Shown: positions 7,446-16,606 of the stretch, piece by piece | Position numbering within the stretch: the stretch's first letter is position 1 | How the letters are laid out: every line of letters starts with the position of its first letter | Notes under the pieces: model-generated | The model's input: only the letters and a program-made list of their open reading frames with translations | Database searches by the model: none | Told to the model about the DNA's origin: nothing | Program-made: the position numbers and the translations under genes | Source: an uncultured bacterium | GTDB taxonomy: Bacteria; Zixibacteria; MSB-5A5; UBA10806 | NCBI GenBank assembly: GCA_965541585.1 | Contig: CBEUCH010000028.1 | Span: 1 to 25,297 of the forward strand | Length of the DNA: 25,297 nucleotides | Direction: 5' to 3'

Positions 7446-8774
7446 ATGAAAAAGGTTTTAATTCTTGGTGCCGGCCACGTTACAAAACCCATTGTGGATT
7501 ACTTTATCGATAAGTGTGGGTACCATGCTACCATGGCCGCAAGAACAGTATCAAAAGCCGAAAAGATAATAGCTGGCCGCACATTAGGGAATACGGCGAG
7601 TTGGGCCAGCGACCAGGTTGACCTGCTTGACCGCCTGGTGAGTGAACATGATATTGTGGTTAATATGATACCAAAAGCATACCATGTCATGGTTGTTCAA
7701 GCTTGCCTGAAACATGGAAAAGATATGGTTTCCACATCATATGAAATTCCTCCGGTCAAGGCATTTGATGCGGAAGCTAAAGAAAAAGGTATCCTGATTC
7801 TCAATGAATTGGGAGAAGATCCGGGAATGGATCATTTCGGAACGCAGATGCTTTTGGATGAAATTCGAGATAAAAGCGGTCGCGTGATTAGTCTCCATTC
7901 GTACGGCTCCGGACTTCCATCTTTCAAATACAATAATAATCCTATGGGATATAAGTTCTCATGGGAACCGAAGGGAGTTTTTCTTGCGGCACAAGTGCCG
8001 GCGGTCCATTTAGAAAAAGGGAAGAGAATTCCGGTTGCGGGCAACCAATTGTTCGAGAATTTTCGGTATGTGGATATCGAGGGATTAGGTACTTTTGAAT
8101 CCTATCCCAACAAAGATTGTACACGATATATCGATCATTTCGGATTGGATGAGAATGTTACATTCTATCGCGGACTGCTTCGTTTCTCCGGTTACTGCAA
8201 CAACATGCGGAATTTTATAAAACTTGACCTGCTCAACAATGATGACCGATACAACTATAAGGGCAAGACCTATAGAGAATTCACCGCTTCACTAATTAGC
8301 AGTAAAGGTTTCGAAAATGTGGAGCACAGGGTTGCCGAATACCTGAAGGTTGATGATAAGGCGGATATCATCAACCGGATGCGGTGGATAGGTTTCTTTG
8401 AAAACATTCCGATCTCGCTGGAAAACGGATCGAAATTGGACGTTTTTCTGGAGATGATGTTGAAAAAGATGAAATATGCCCCGGGCGAAACAGATATGAC
8501 TATCATTCATATCGATATCGTAGCCGAGTTCCCCGATCAACACCGGGAGAGATACCTTACTACAATGGTGAAAGACGGTGAACCGAACGGTGATTCAGCG
8601 ATGTCGCGTGCCGTTGGGCTTCCTCCGGCTATTGCCGTAAGGCTCATATTAGAAGGAAAAATAAAGGCGACTGGAGTACACATGCCGCCAACTCTGCCTG
8701 GACTTTACAAATCCTTTATGGAAGAGCTGGCTACATACGGTTTTGAGTTTAAGCGACAGACAATTAAACTTTAA
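7446..8774 (+). CDS. saccharopine dehydrogenase family protein (NAD(P)-dependent, glutamate-forming Lys9/AASS-SDH-like)
   Basis: N-terminal Rossmann motif KKVLILGAGHV, VSTSY, NELGEDPGMDH, NPMGYKFSWEP.G, FESYPN, RG.LRF.G and SAMSRAVGLP. GGAG RBS. Confidence 0.88.
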   Translation: MKKVLILGAGHVTKPIVDYFIDKCGYHATMAARTVSKAEKIIAGRTLGNTASWASDQVDLLDRLVSEHDIVVNMIPKAYHVMVVQACLKHGKDMVSTSYEIPPVKAFDAEAKEKGILILNELGEDPGMDHFGTQMLLDEIRDKSGRVISLHSYGSGLPSFKYNNNPMGYKFSWEPKGVFLAAQVPAVHLEKGKRIPVAGNQLFENFRYVDIEGLGTFESYPNKDCTRYIDHFGLDENVTFYRGLLRFSGYCNNMRNFIKLDLLNNDDRYNYKGKTYREFTASLISSKGFENVEHRVAEYLKVDDKADIINRMRWIGFFENIPISLENGSKLDVFLEMMLKKMKYAPGETDMTIIHIDIVAEFPDQHRERYLTTMVKDGEPNGDSAMSRAVGLPPAIAVRLILEGKIKATGVHMPPTLPGLYKSFMEELATYGFEFKRQTIKL

Positions 8775-8900
8775 CTATTGTCATGAGATTATTCTGATAT
8801 GATTCCCCCCAATGCTCGACGTCAGATAAATCTGGACATTTGGGGGGCTTGAACGAAGAGACGATTTTGGTTGCATTCAATATCCCCGCGTCAACAATAC

Positions 8901-9026
8901 GATATAGATAAAAAGAACAAACCTCGTTTGTTGGACTTTGGTTTCGCAACAGTGGCCGGTGAAGATAAGTTGACCAAGACTGGTTCGACGCCGGGTACGG
9001 TTGGTTATATGTCACCGGAGCAAATC
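8901..9026 (+). pseudogene. isolated fragment of a Ser/Thr protein kinase gene (subdomains VII-VIII)
   Basis: DIDKKNKPRLLDFGFATVAGEDKLTKTGSTPGTVGYMSPEQI matches the DFG-to-SPE segment of the kinases at 16.6-23.7 kb. No N-lobe, HRD motif or C-lobe remains. Confidence 0.85.
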
Positions 9027-9153
9027 ACCTGCAGCCATTTGAATCTAAATGCGGACACTTAAACCTTTTATTCGGAAGACGTAAAGCCAACTGCCGGTGT
9101 ACATCATTAAGATTCGTGTTCGTGAAAAATACTGATAGAATATAAAAACCCCC

Positions 9154-9182
9154 TTACTGATTCCTTAGAAATATGTTATAAT
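9154..9182 (+). promoter_or_regulatory. extended -10 promoter for the flavoprotein gene
   Basis: TG (9174-75), one base, then TATAAT (9177-82). A weak -35 TTACTG lies 17 bp upstream. Confidence 0.55.
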
Positions 9183-9221
9183 GAAACTATAAGATCGTCT
9201 GGAGAGGTTTGAAATAACACA

Positions 9222-9809
9222 ATGATGTCAGATTCTGAAAACCAACAAGAGGCCAGGAAAGCTAAGAAAATCCTCGCCATAGTCGGCAGTCCGCGCTTTG
9301 GGGGCAACACTGATATTCTGATCGACCGGTATTTGGTCGGAGCGAAAGAAGCCGGCGCCCAAATCGAAAAGGTCTACTTGAGAAAACTTTCGATAGCCGA
9401 CTGCATTGGTTGCGATGGCTGTATTAAGGCCGGCCAATGCATAGTCAAAGACGATCTGATGCTTCTGTTGGACAAAATGAAGGCGGCCGATATCTGGGTT
9501 CTGGGCACGCCAGTCTATTTCTTTGGACCGACGGCACTCATGAAAGCATTCATAGATCGCTGGTACGGCTCCCGGGAGTATGTCGATTTCAAGGGACAGA
9601 AAGTCAGCCTGTTGATCCCTCTTGAAGACACCACCGAAAAAACAGCTCAACATACGGTAGGGATGCTCACGGAAACACTTAACTACGTTGGAGCCGATCT
9701 GATCAGCACCCTGATAGCCATCGAAGTTCTCCACAAAGGAGATGTCAACAAACGTCCTGACTATCTAGAGAAGGCGCATCAGATGGGAAGCGTGGCTGGC
9801 AGAGCCTAA
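9222..9809 (+). CDS. flavodoxin-like iron-sulfur flavoprotein / NADPH-dependent FMN reductase family
   Basis: ILAIVGSPRFGGNT FMN loop, CIGCDGCIKAGQC (Cx2Cx2Cx5C) Fe-S motif and GTPVYF.GPTALMKAFIDRW. Confidence 0.9.
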   Translation: MMSDSENQQEARKAKKILAIVGSPRFGGNTDILIDRYLVGAKEAGAQIEKVYLRKLSIADCIGCDGCIKAGQCIVKDDLMLLLDKMKAADIWVLGTPVYFFGPTALMKAFIDRWYGSREYVDFKGQKVSLLIPLEDTTEKTAQHTVGMLTETLNYVGADLISTLIAIEVLHKGDVNKRPDYLEKAHQMGSVAGRA

Positions 9810-10010
9810 CCCGCCCGGTCAGTCCGCATGTTGAATCGGCAAAATCTGAAATCCTGCTTAGACATACGCTTGAGTTTATTCGTCAAATTGAAGCCGGATG
9901 AAATCAGGTTAATTTGCATCTGTAGGATATATACCCAAGTTTTTTTTTCTACCTGGATTACTTCATCAGATATCAATTACTCATATGCCTGGTCTAAGAT
10001 CTAACCTGTC

Positions 10011-10035
10011 TAACCGGTCAGTTTCGGGCCGGTTA
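10011..10035. repeat. short inverted repeat (possible terminator between convergent units)
   Basis: TAACCGGTC / GGCCGGTTA with a 7-nt loop and no clear U-tract. Confidence 0.35.
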
Positions 10036-10281
10036 CGGTGCCCCCAAAAATGATTACTAGCCAACGACTTCTAACCTCTGGCGAATAACATGTAATGATC
10101 CTGAAGTCGAATACGACCACAGTTTTCTGAGATTGAGGTCGGGGCCGTTATTCACGCGTCAATAATACGATAATATGAAAAGGCCGCTCGGGCATCGATA
10201 ATCCCTTGAGACTATTGGTCTGTTTAATCCTGGTTGGATCGGGCGGACAGGTTTCGAGTGAGGTGAAGTCTCGGAACTTGA

Positions 10282-10470
10282 TTACATAGCTCCCAAGGCT
10301 GACGCCGCTTTTTCAATATCCGCGGCCTCTACCCGGACGAACGAACCAAATTGCCAATCAACGGCAACCGCATCGATAGCGTCAATATTGATGTCGGCTT
10401 TCGATAGAACTCCCAGGCTTTCTTTCAGTGCGCCGGTGCGATCCTCGCCCTAATAAAAAAACCGATACCT
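10282..10470 (-). pseudogene. remnant C-terminal ACT domain of an ACT-domain protein
   Basis: My translation of 10449->10282 is GEDRTGALKESLGVLSKADINIDAIDAVAVDWQFGSFVRVEAADIEKAASALGAM*, which has the ACT hallmarks DRxGAL and INI. It has no start, is preceded by an in-frame TAG, and IGFFI upstream is one base out of frame. Confidence 0.7.
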
Positions 10471-10495
10471 TCTCCGGAAAGCAAGCTGGCTCTTC

Positions 10496-11575
10496 TTACC
10501 TTGTGAAATTTTTCCGGGCGTGTTTAAAAACCCATTTATAAACTTGGGTGGATTTATAATACGTTCTGATCTGATAATTGGTCGTTGACAGACATTTTGG
10601 GCTGCACGTTTCTTTTAGAGTTTTTAAGCGATCCGGATTATACCGGTAATTAAATATCGAATCCTGATTCTGATTGGAATCATACAGGCCCATGCATGGC
10701 ACGATCTCGCCATTTATACCAATAAACAGAGAGTTTTGTCCGGCGCGACAACCCCAGGGCTCCAGTTTCAATCTGATAAAATCCTTCATGGCCTTCAAAT
10801 GTTCGATTGAATTTACCATAACATAACCGTCTCTGTTTCTTTCTATCAGCCAATCCAGCAGAGCGTCAACATCCTCCCAATCTTCCCGTGTAATCCACAG
10901 GTCAGACCCCTTGTGTTTATAATGGTCTCGCTCGATTATATGCGGTTCATTAGCATGGTAGTCTGTCGGGATTCCATTATCGTGAGCAATCTCCGTCAAC
11001 ATTTTTACGTCTTTTAGATTCTTGCTCGTAATATTGATGTTAAACCAGACATTGTATCCGTATTTTCTCTGTTGCTTGATCAAATATCTGAACTGGGATT
11101 CAATACGCATGAGACTTTTGGGAAGTCCTGGCTTTTCTGTAATACAATCGACTGCCACATTGACCGCCGAGACCCCGGCATCTCCCACCTCATCGATAAA
11201 CTTCTTGTCCATCAGTATGCCATTGGTAGGTATATAGACGAAAAATCCATTTTCACTTCCGTACTTGACTACCTCTATGACAAAGTCCTTTCGCACCAGA
11301 GGTTCCCCTCCCATCAGCCCGACAACCCGACAACCTACTGACTTGAGAAAATCAATGGATCGCTTTGCAGTTTCGAGTGTCATGCCTTCTTTTTGATTAT
11401 TCCATGCCCAGCAGTAATGACAGTCGACATTGCACTTCCAGTCCGTGAAAAGGAATGAGCAGAGCGGTCGGAATTCCGTACTATTATATCTCGATTTTAA
11501 ATAGGGAACAAACCAGCAGCGAAATGCCCTTGTTAGATTCTTTGCAATGAATTGAGTTCTCTGCAATCCTGGCAT
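10496..11575 (-). CDS. radical SAM protein with C-terminal Cys-containing (SPASM/Twitch-like) extension
   Basis: CNVDCHYC (CxxxCxxC), GGEPL, PTNG and C-terminal CRAGQNSLFIGINGEIVPC...CSPKC. GGAGGA lies 6 nt before ATG 11575, preferred over GTG 11653. Confidence 0.88.
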   Translation of the reverse strand: MPGLQRTQFIAKNLTRAFRCWFVPYLKSRYNSTEFRPLCSFLFTDWKCNVDCHYCWAWNNQKEGMTLETAKRSIDFLKSVGCRVVGLMGGEPLVRKDFVIEVVKYGSENGFFVYIPTNGILMDKKFIDEVGDAGVSAVNVAVDCITEKPGLPKSLMRIESQFRYLIKQQRKYGYNVWFNINITSKNLKDVKMLTEIAHDNGIPTDYHANEPHIIERDHYKHKGSDLWITREDWEDVDALLDWLIERNRDGYVMVNSIEHLKAMKDFIRLKLEPWGCRAGQNSLFIGINGEIVPCMGLYDSNQNQDSIFNYRYNPDRLKTLKETCSPKCLSTTNYQIRTYYKSTQVYKWVFKHARKNFTR

Positions 11576-12018
11576 CTTGTTTCCTCCATTTCTCCTTCGG
11601 ATATTTGCGATATATAGGAGTTTTCTAAGCGAAAGCCGGCCTCCCTGAAACACTATTCTTGTTATTAAATTCCTCTGATAAACTCAATTACTCCACAGGC
11701 GTTCATTACACCTTTTACCATCACGAAGAATTGAAACCCCACCCTCATTCAAGTTTGCTTGTTGAGCCCGGGAGTTCTACGCTGCCTGCTATCGACTATA
11801 TGGTCCATCATAAGAGCTCGAGCAACAGCGGTATTGCATACTAAACCACCTGCAAACCACTCAAGCACATGCCGTAACCACAAGACACTCAACATCTTGT
11901 ATTCCCAACGACGATCCTGGGGTAGACATAATGGTTTCGCCTCCATAGGTCTTCCCACTCTTGCCGGTTAAACGGCCGAAGATCTTCTGAAATTGCCAAC
12001 GCCAAAGATGACGCGCCA

Positions 12019-12048
12019 AAGATAAATCCGTCGCTCGGCCTAAGTCAA
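12019..12048 (-). promoter_or_regulatory. possible sigma70 promoter pointing toward the radical SAM gene
   Basis: On the - strand: TTGACT, 18-bp spacer, TATCTT (the same -10 hexamer as at 1800-1805). Confidence 0.35.
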
Positions 12049-12162
12049 GAGGAAAGTGCCCTATTTTATGAATTGACAGTTTAAGTTAGAATTTGGACTA
12101 CTGCGACTCTTATCCTCAAACGTAGAATCCGGTGTATCAATTATACTGCGATGGACGCCGAT

Positions 12163-12400
12163 TCAGGATCTCCACCTGATATCATACCGCAGGAATGAAA
12201 CGAATGCCCCGGCGAAAGCGGCCATTATGAATACCGAGAGTAATCCGAAATCTATGATCGCCGGTGCGATAGAATCCTCATATTTCGGAGAGGAGAGACT
12301 AAAACGAGGAAGATCGCTTAGATCGAGCTCCACATCCTGGCCGGGACTCTTTATGCTGAACCCGTCATCCGACGAAATTGTGATCACCATGCGGTATTGG
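12163..12400 (-). pseudogene. 3' remnant of an ABC-2-type transporter permease gene
   Basis: Tail LDLSDLPRF...SIAPAIIDFGLLSVFIMAAFAGAFVSFLRYDIR, a final TM helix plus an F.RYD.R terminus typical of ABC-2 permeases. All upstream TM helices are missing and there is no ATPase partner. Confidence 0.65.
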
Positions 12401-12643
12401 GAGCCGGTTTCCTCCAACCGTGAAGGAGTTTGCGGAGAGTGATATTTGGCAGTACTGTCAGCCATCGTTGTTTTTTATTCTGTGTCCTAACCGGAGACTT
12501 TCGGATCATGTACGGCGCAACCTGAAATATGCTATTTACATGGGGAGCGAAACAAGGCGGCCGGATTTCCGTATCTGTTGTTGGTGGGCGTGCCGCAGTA
12601 TGCCCGATAAAAATTGAATCAGGAAGATGAGGCAATGGTAAAG

Positions 12644-13543
12644 ATGGATTACATGGAGCTTATAAAAAAGTCTGTCAGCAATGCATGGAATTATAGATTC
12701 CTGTGGCTCTTTGGATTCTTCGTGGCGGTGACAGATGGGTTCGGCGGCGGCCACTGGTGGACGGACAAGCTTGACAGAAGCGATTATTGCGGCCGACTTG
12801 GTGAATTTGGTGATTTCAATATCGATCCGGCTTTGCTGATTCTGCTTGCTCTGGCTGCGTTTTCACTCTGGATTATTTTTTGGGTGATGAGCGTTATCTC
12901 CGAAGGATCGCTCATACACGGGATATCGAGGAAGGAACTTAATCTCAAGGTGAGCTTTGGCGACTGCTGGTCTGCTGGTCTGAGAAAATTCTTAAGGCTC
13001 TTCGGGATTATGCTGCTGGCAATACTGCTGGTGATATTCGCCTTGATCGGGATGGCCCTGTTTATTGTTCCCTCCTACTTCGCATCTGTTGCTCTGGGAG
13101 TTGCCTTGACCATCCTTGCTCTCCCTGTTCTGTTTGTGATAATAATCGTAACGGTCTCGGTGGAGGGGTGGGCCATAAGATTCGCGGTATTAAACGACGA
13201 GCGGTGGCTGGCAGCAATTGAAAAAGGCTGGAACCTGTTCAAGGATAATATAGGAAAGACTCTGGCAGTAGCGCTCTTATCGTTCTTTACACAGCTCGTC
13301 CTCTGGTGTATATTGATAATCGTCATGTTGATGCTGGCGATACCGTTTGTATTCCTCAGTTTAGCAAGTCTCTTTCTCGGGCTTATTCCGGGGATTTTGT
13401 TGGGATTAGCAATAATCATTCTATCCTCTGCCTTTTTTGGCACGTTTGCCAGTTCTATGTGGACGTTGGGCTTTATGCGGATGACGGGCAATGATGGTGA
13501 ACAGTCTGTAATAGTAGCAGATTCCACTCCTCCGGCGGCTTAA
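12644..13543 (+). CDS. uncharacterised polytopic membrane protein
   Basis: About 5-6 hydrophobic helices, N-terminal MDY.ELIKKS...W.YRFLWLFGFF and AIEKGWNLFKDN motifs. The start could also be 12635. Confidence 0.8.
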   Translation: MDYMELIKKSVSNAWNYRFLWLFGFFVAVTDGFGGGHWWTDKLDRSDYCGRLGEFGDFNIDPALLILLALAAFSLWIIFWVMSVISEGSLIHGISRKELNLKVSFGDCWSAGLRKFLRLFGIMLLAILLVIFALIGMALFIVPSYFASVALGVALTILALPVLFVIIIVTVSVEGWAIRFAVLNDERWLAAIEKGWNLFKDNIGKTLAVALLSFFTQLVLWCILIIVMLMLAIPFVFLSLASLFLGLIPGILLGLAIIILSSAFFGTFASSMWTLGFMRMTGNDGEQSVIVADSTPPAA

Positions 13544-13804
13544 CAGGACCACAGTTCCTCGAAATGAGGGTGTGGAAATCCGAGAACTCCGGCCATCTGT
13601 ATGTTGCATCATTAAAGACCCAGTTCCTCGAGAAATAATCTCCTTATGTCCGCGGAGGGATAGAGATAATGAGGTCGAGAGACGAGGACAGCGCACCTTG
13701 CGATAGCAGCAGGCCTGCAGAAGCAGATAGCGGACACATCCGATCGCATGAAAGTATATCGTCCGAGGTTTATCTGAAAAAACAGTTTTGAAAACAGGGG
13801 TTAG

Positions 13805-14971
13805 ATGCTCATGATAATAACTTCCATTCTTTCGCTAATCATCCTGCTGACGCAATCCGGGTCTGATGATATGCTTCTGATGAATCGGATCGCAGGTGGC
13901 AATGATAAACATACTGATGCAGTTATAGGCTCAATCCAGCTCGAAGATCCCCTGCGTGACGGGCCGCATGTTTTCTGGCAAACAGATTCATCGGCTATAG
14001 TGTTCTATTTATGTAATGGAAACCTGGAGAAAAGGACTTATCAGGTAAAAGATACTCTCCGCTTCAGCGGCTTCTGTCTGGATAATGCTATCGAGTACGT
14101 CGTGCCGGCGGATGCTGCTGTTATTCAACCTCAAGTCATTGACGACGTTTCTAAGATCTTTACTGTCAGCGATATTCATGGTGAATATGATCATCTGGTG
14201 GATATTCTTACAAATGGCGGTGTAATCGACCGGGAACTCCGATGGAGTTGGGGGGACGGCCACCTGGTTATCGTTGGCGATGTTTTCGACCGGGGAGCCA
14301 AGGTAACCGAATGTTTGTGGCTGATCTATAGACTGGAATCCGAGGCGAGAGAGAACGGAGGAGCAGTTCACTATCTAATGGGGAACCACGAGTTGATGGC
14401 TTTACGAGGCGATAAACGATACGTAAACGACAGGTACCTCAAGGGTATTGTGAAAAAAACGCGAATCAAATACGAGGACCTGTACGGCCCCGATACGGAG
14501 TTAGGGCGATGGGTGCGCAGCAAACATACTGTAATCAAGATCAACGATATTGTCTTCGTTCATGGCGGACTGTCCCCATTTGTTATGCATCGCAATTTGG
14601 ATTTGGAGCGGATCAACGAAACGATCCGGAGCAGTATTGATCTGAGATCATCACAATTAGCTTTCGATGAGCTGTCCCGGTTCCTGCTCAGGAATAAGGG
14701 CCCGTTCTGGTACCGGGGTTACCATTATGAAATGGAGGGTGACTATCCTATGGTGCTGTCAGAAGAGATAGACAGTCTCCTGAGCTTTTACGGAGCCGGT
14801 AGGATTGTCGTCGGGCACACGGAGGTTGACAGTGTCATGAGTGTCTGGAATAAGCGGATTATCGGGATCGACATTCCCGTGGACGAACTTGGATCGCTTG
14901 AAGCGCTGCTCTGGGATGACGGCAGGTTTTTCCGCGTGACCGGTAACGGCGATCTCAGGCCGATAGAGTAA
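13805..14971 (+). CDS. exported calcineurin-like metallophosphoesterase, PPP family, Shewanella-like phosphatase (Shelph) type
   Basis: SDIHG, GDVFDRG, GNHE, HGG, GPFWYRGY and IVVGHT motifs. Hydrophobic N-terminal signal/anchor and an extra N-terminal domain (DGPHVFW). Confidence 0.88.
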   Translation: MLMIITSILSLIILLTQSGSDDMLLMNRIAGGNDKHTDAVIGSIQLEDPLRDGPHVFWQTDSSAIVFYLCNGNLEKRTYQVKDTLRFSGFCLDNAIEYVVPADAAVIQPQVIDDVSKIFTVSDIHGEYDHLVDILTNGGVIDRELRWSWGDGHLVIVGDVFDRGAKVTECLWLIYRLESEARENGGAVHYLMGNHELMALRGDKRYVNDRYLKGIVKKTRIKYEDLYGPDTELGRWVRSKHTVIKINDIVFVHGGLSPFVMHRNLDLERINETIRSSIDLRSSQLAFDELSRFLLRNKGPFWYRGYHYEMEGDYPMVLSEEIDSLLSFYGAGRIVVGHTEVDSVMSVWNKRIIGIDIPVDELGSLEALLWDDGRFFRVTGNGDLRPIE

Positions 14972-15065
14972 AAAGAAATACCATCGGCGGAGAGACAAAC
15001 ATATCAGTTAAAGATAATTCAAACTTGCTGTGAACCAGGGATGATGTTTTGACTGAGAGGTATCG

Positions 15066-15818
15066 ATGAGTTTTGTTTCGGTTACAGAGAGTAACGGCAT
15101 CGCCATAGTAAAGATGAGCAGGGATAAGGTGAACGCTATCAATTCCGATGCCGTTGATGACCTTATTGAATGTTTCAAGCAGCTGGAAGACAATAGTCAG
15201 ATTAAGGCAATTATTTTTACGGGCCAGGAGAAATTCTTTTCATTCGGATTTGATGTTCCTGAACTGCTGACATATTCTAAACATACTTTAAAAGACTTTT
15301 TGACGAGGTTCACTCAACTTAATAGAGATTTATTCCTCTATCCCAAGCCGCTCATAGGGGCATTGAACGGCCATACAATTGCGGCAGGTTGTATGCTGGC
15401 GCTTGCCACAGATTTCAGAATAATGGTTTCAGAAAAAGCAAAGATCTCTTTAAACGAAATCAACATCGGTGTATCCGTTTTCGCCGGGGCGCTGGAAATG
15501 CTGAAATTCAGCGTCGGCAATAGAAATGCCGAACATGTATTGAAAAGCGGTAAAATGTACTCTCCGGATGAAGCCCTTCAAATGGGCATGATTGATAAAA
15601 TGTCGAATTCCGAATCGCTGATGAATGAAGCCATGAAGGCAGCTTCAGAATATGCAGAAAAGAATCCTCAGGCGTTTAAATCTCTTAAGGCTCTCTTAAG
15701 AAAACCTGTTATACAGGAATCAGATCAGCGGGAGGAAAGTGTTATCGCCGAGTTTATTGAGATATGGTTTTCAAAACAGTCGCAGGCCCAATTGAAAAAG
15801 GTACAGATACGCTCGTAA
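15066..15818 (+). CDS. enoyl-CoA hydratase/isomerase (crotonase) family, 3,2-trans-enoyl-CoA isomerase-like
   Basis: KVNAIN, FFSFGFDV, PKPLIGALNGHTIAAGCMLALATDFRIM, SLNEINIG and EALQMGMIDK. Confidence 0.9.
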   Translation: MSFVSVTESNGIAIVKMSRDKVNAINSDAVDDLIECFKQLEDNSQIKAIIFTGQEKFFSFGFDVPELLTYSKHTLKDFLTRFTQLNRDLFLYPKPLIGALNGHTIAAGCMLALATDFRIMVSEKAKISLNEINIGVSVFAGALEMLKFSVGNRNAEHVLKSGKMYSPDEALQMGMIDKMSNSESLMNEAMKAASEYAEKNPQAFKSLKALLRKPVIQESDQREESVIAEFIEIWFSKQSQAQLKKVQIRS

Positions 15819-15941
15819 AATGGCAGCCCTCGAGAATCTCGCTGTTCGTCAGGGTCAGGCTCATCCGGGGGTTACATAATTCCGATACGTTCAGACTATT
15901 TTCGATATCAAAGAAGCCACTAAAGAAAGGAGACTGGAAAA

Positions 15942-16466
15942 ATGGTTAACAACAGAATATCCATTGCAGCCTTTATGGCGGCCATTCTTGTTTTAAACGT
16001 TTGCGACAAACAGCCGGCGCAGATCGCCAAGTTGAAGCACTTTCCCGTCGATAACCTTGACGGCATCATCACCTTATCCAACGTTGAAATCGATAGGGAG
16101 ATCTCAAGCGACGGCTACGGGGCTTTAAGAATATCCGCGGCGGAATCAACCTCAGTGCTACTATTTGAAGTTGGGGAGATCGATGTTGAAAACGCACGTC
16201 TTGTCTATCGGGCTCGAATTCGGACCGAAGATCTGGAGGGTATCACCTATCTGGAGATGCTATGTCATTTCTCTGAAAAGGGGGAGTATTTCTCGCGTGA
16301 TCTCAAGAGTCCCCTGACAGGTACCTCAGGGTGGGTCACAGAGGAGACATCTTTCTTCCTGAAAAAGGGCGAAAACCCGGATACCATAAGTCTGAATCTC
16401 GTGATCAACGGCAAAGGTACAGTATGGATTGATGATATTCATCTGCTTAAGGCTCCGCTCCAGTAG
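15942..16466 (+). CDS. hypothetical exported protein or lipoprotein, predicted jelly-roll (CBM-like) beta-sandwich
   Basis: AAGGAG RBS and a hydrophobic signal ending in Cys (LNVC, imperfect lipobox). Beta-rich, with the G.GTVWIDDI.L terminus typical of CBM4/9-like folds. Confidence 0.7.
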   Translation: MVNNRISIAAFMAAILVLNVCDKQPAQIAKLKHFPVDNLDGIITLSNVEIDREISSDGYGALRISAAESTSVLLFEVGEIDVENARLVYRARIRTEDLEGITYLEMLCHFSEKGEYFSRDLKSPLTGTSGWVTEETSFFLKKGENPDTISLNLVINGKGTVWIDDIHLLKAPLQ

Positions 16467-16606
16467 AAGACTTCACCTCAGTACGGGAATAACGGGCATT
16501 TAGGGGTTTAGAAAAACTGCGTTCGAGATTATGGTAGAAGGCATCTGAGTAGAATGGCTATCTTAATACAGAACATAATTGCAGCGACCGGCTTACTCGG
16601 GTTTGA

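Noticed and set aside
9812..9901. Short frame RPVSPHVESAKSEILLRHTLEFIRQIEAG* resembling an alpha/beta-hydrolase C-terminus
   Set aside because: Too short and too weakly similar to support without a search.
11861..11863. Selenocysteine or readthrough at the TGA of the small ORF
   Set aside because: No SECIS-like hairpin recognised, and the extended frame resembles no selenoprotein.
13551..13631. CAGTTCCTCGA repeated twice, and CGCCAAAGAT repeated at 12000-12024
   Set aside because: Only two short copies each, with no associated element; compatible with chance or a small local duplication.
9803..13806. Integron cassette array (GCCTAAC and GCTTAAC overlapping the stops at 9809 and 13543; GTTAGAT just before ATG 13805)
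   Set aside because: No R''/R' pair at attC-like spacing with complementary L boxes, genes lie on both strands, and there is no integrase. IntegronFinder would be the decisive test.
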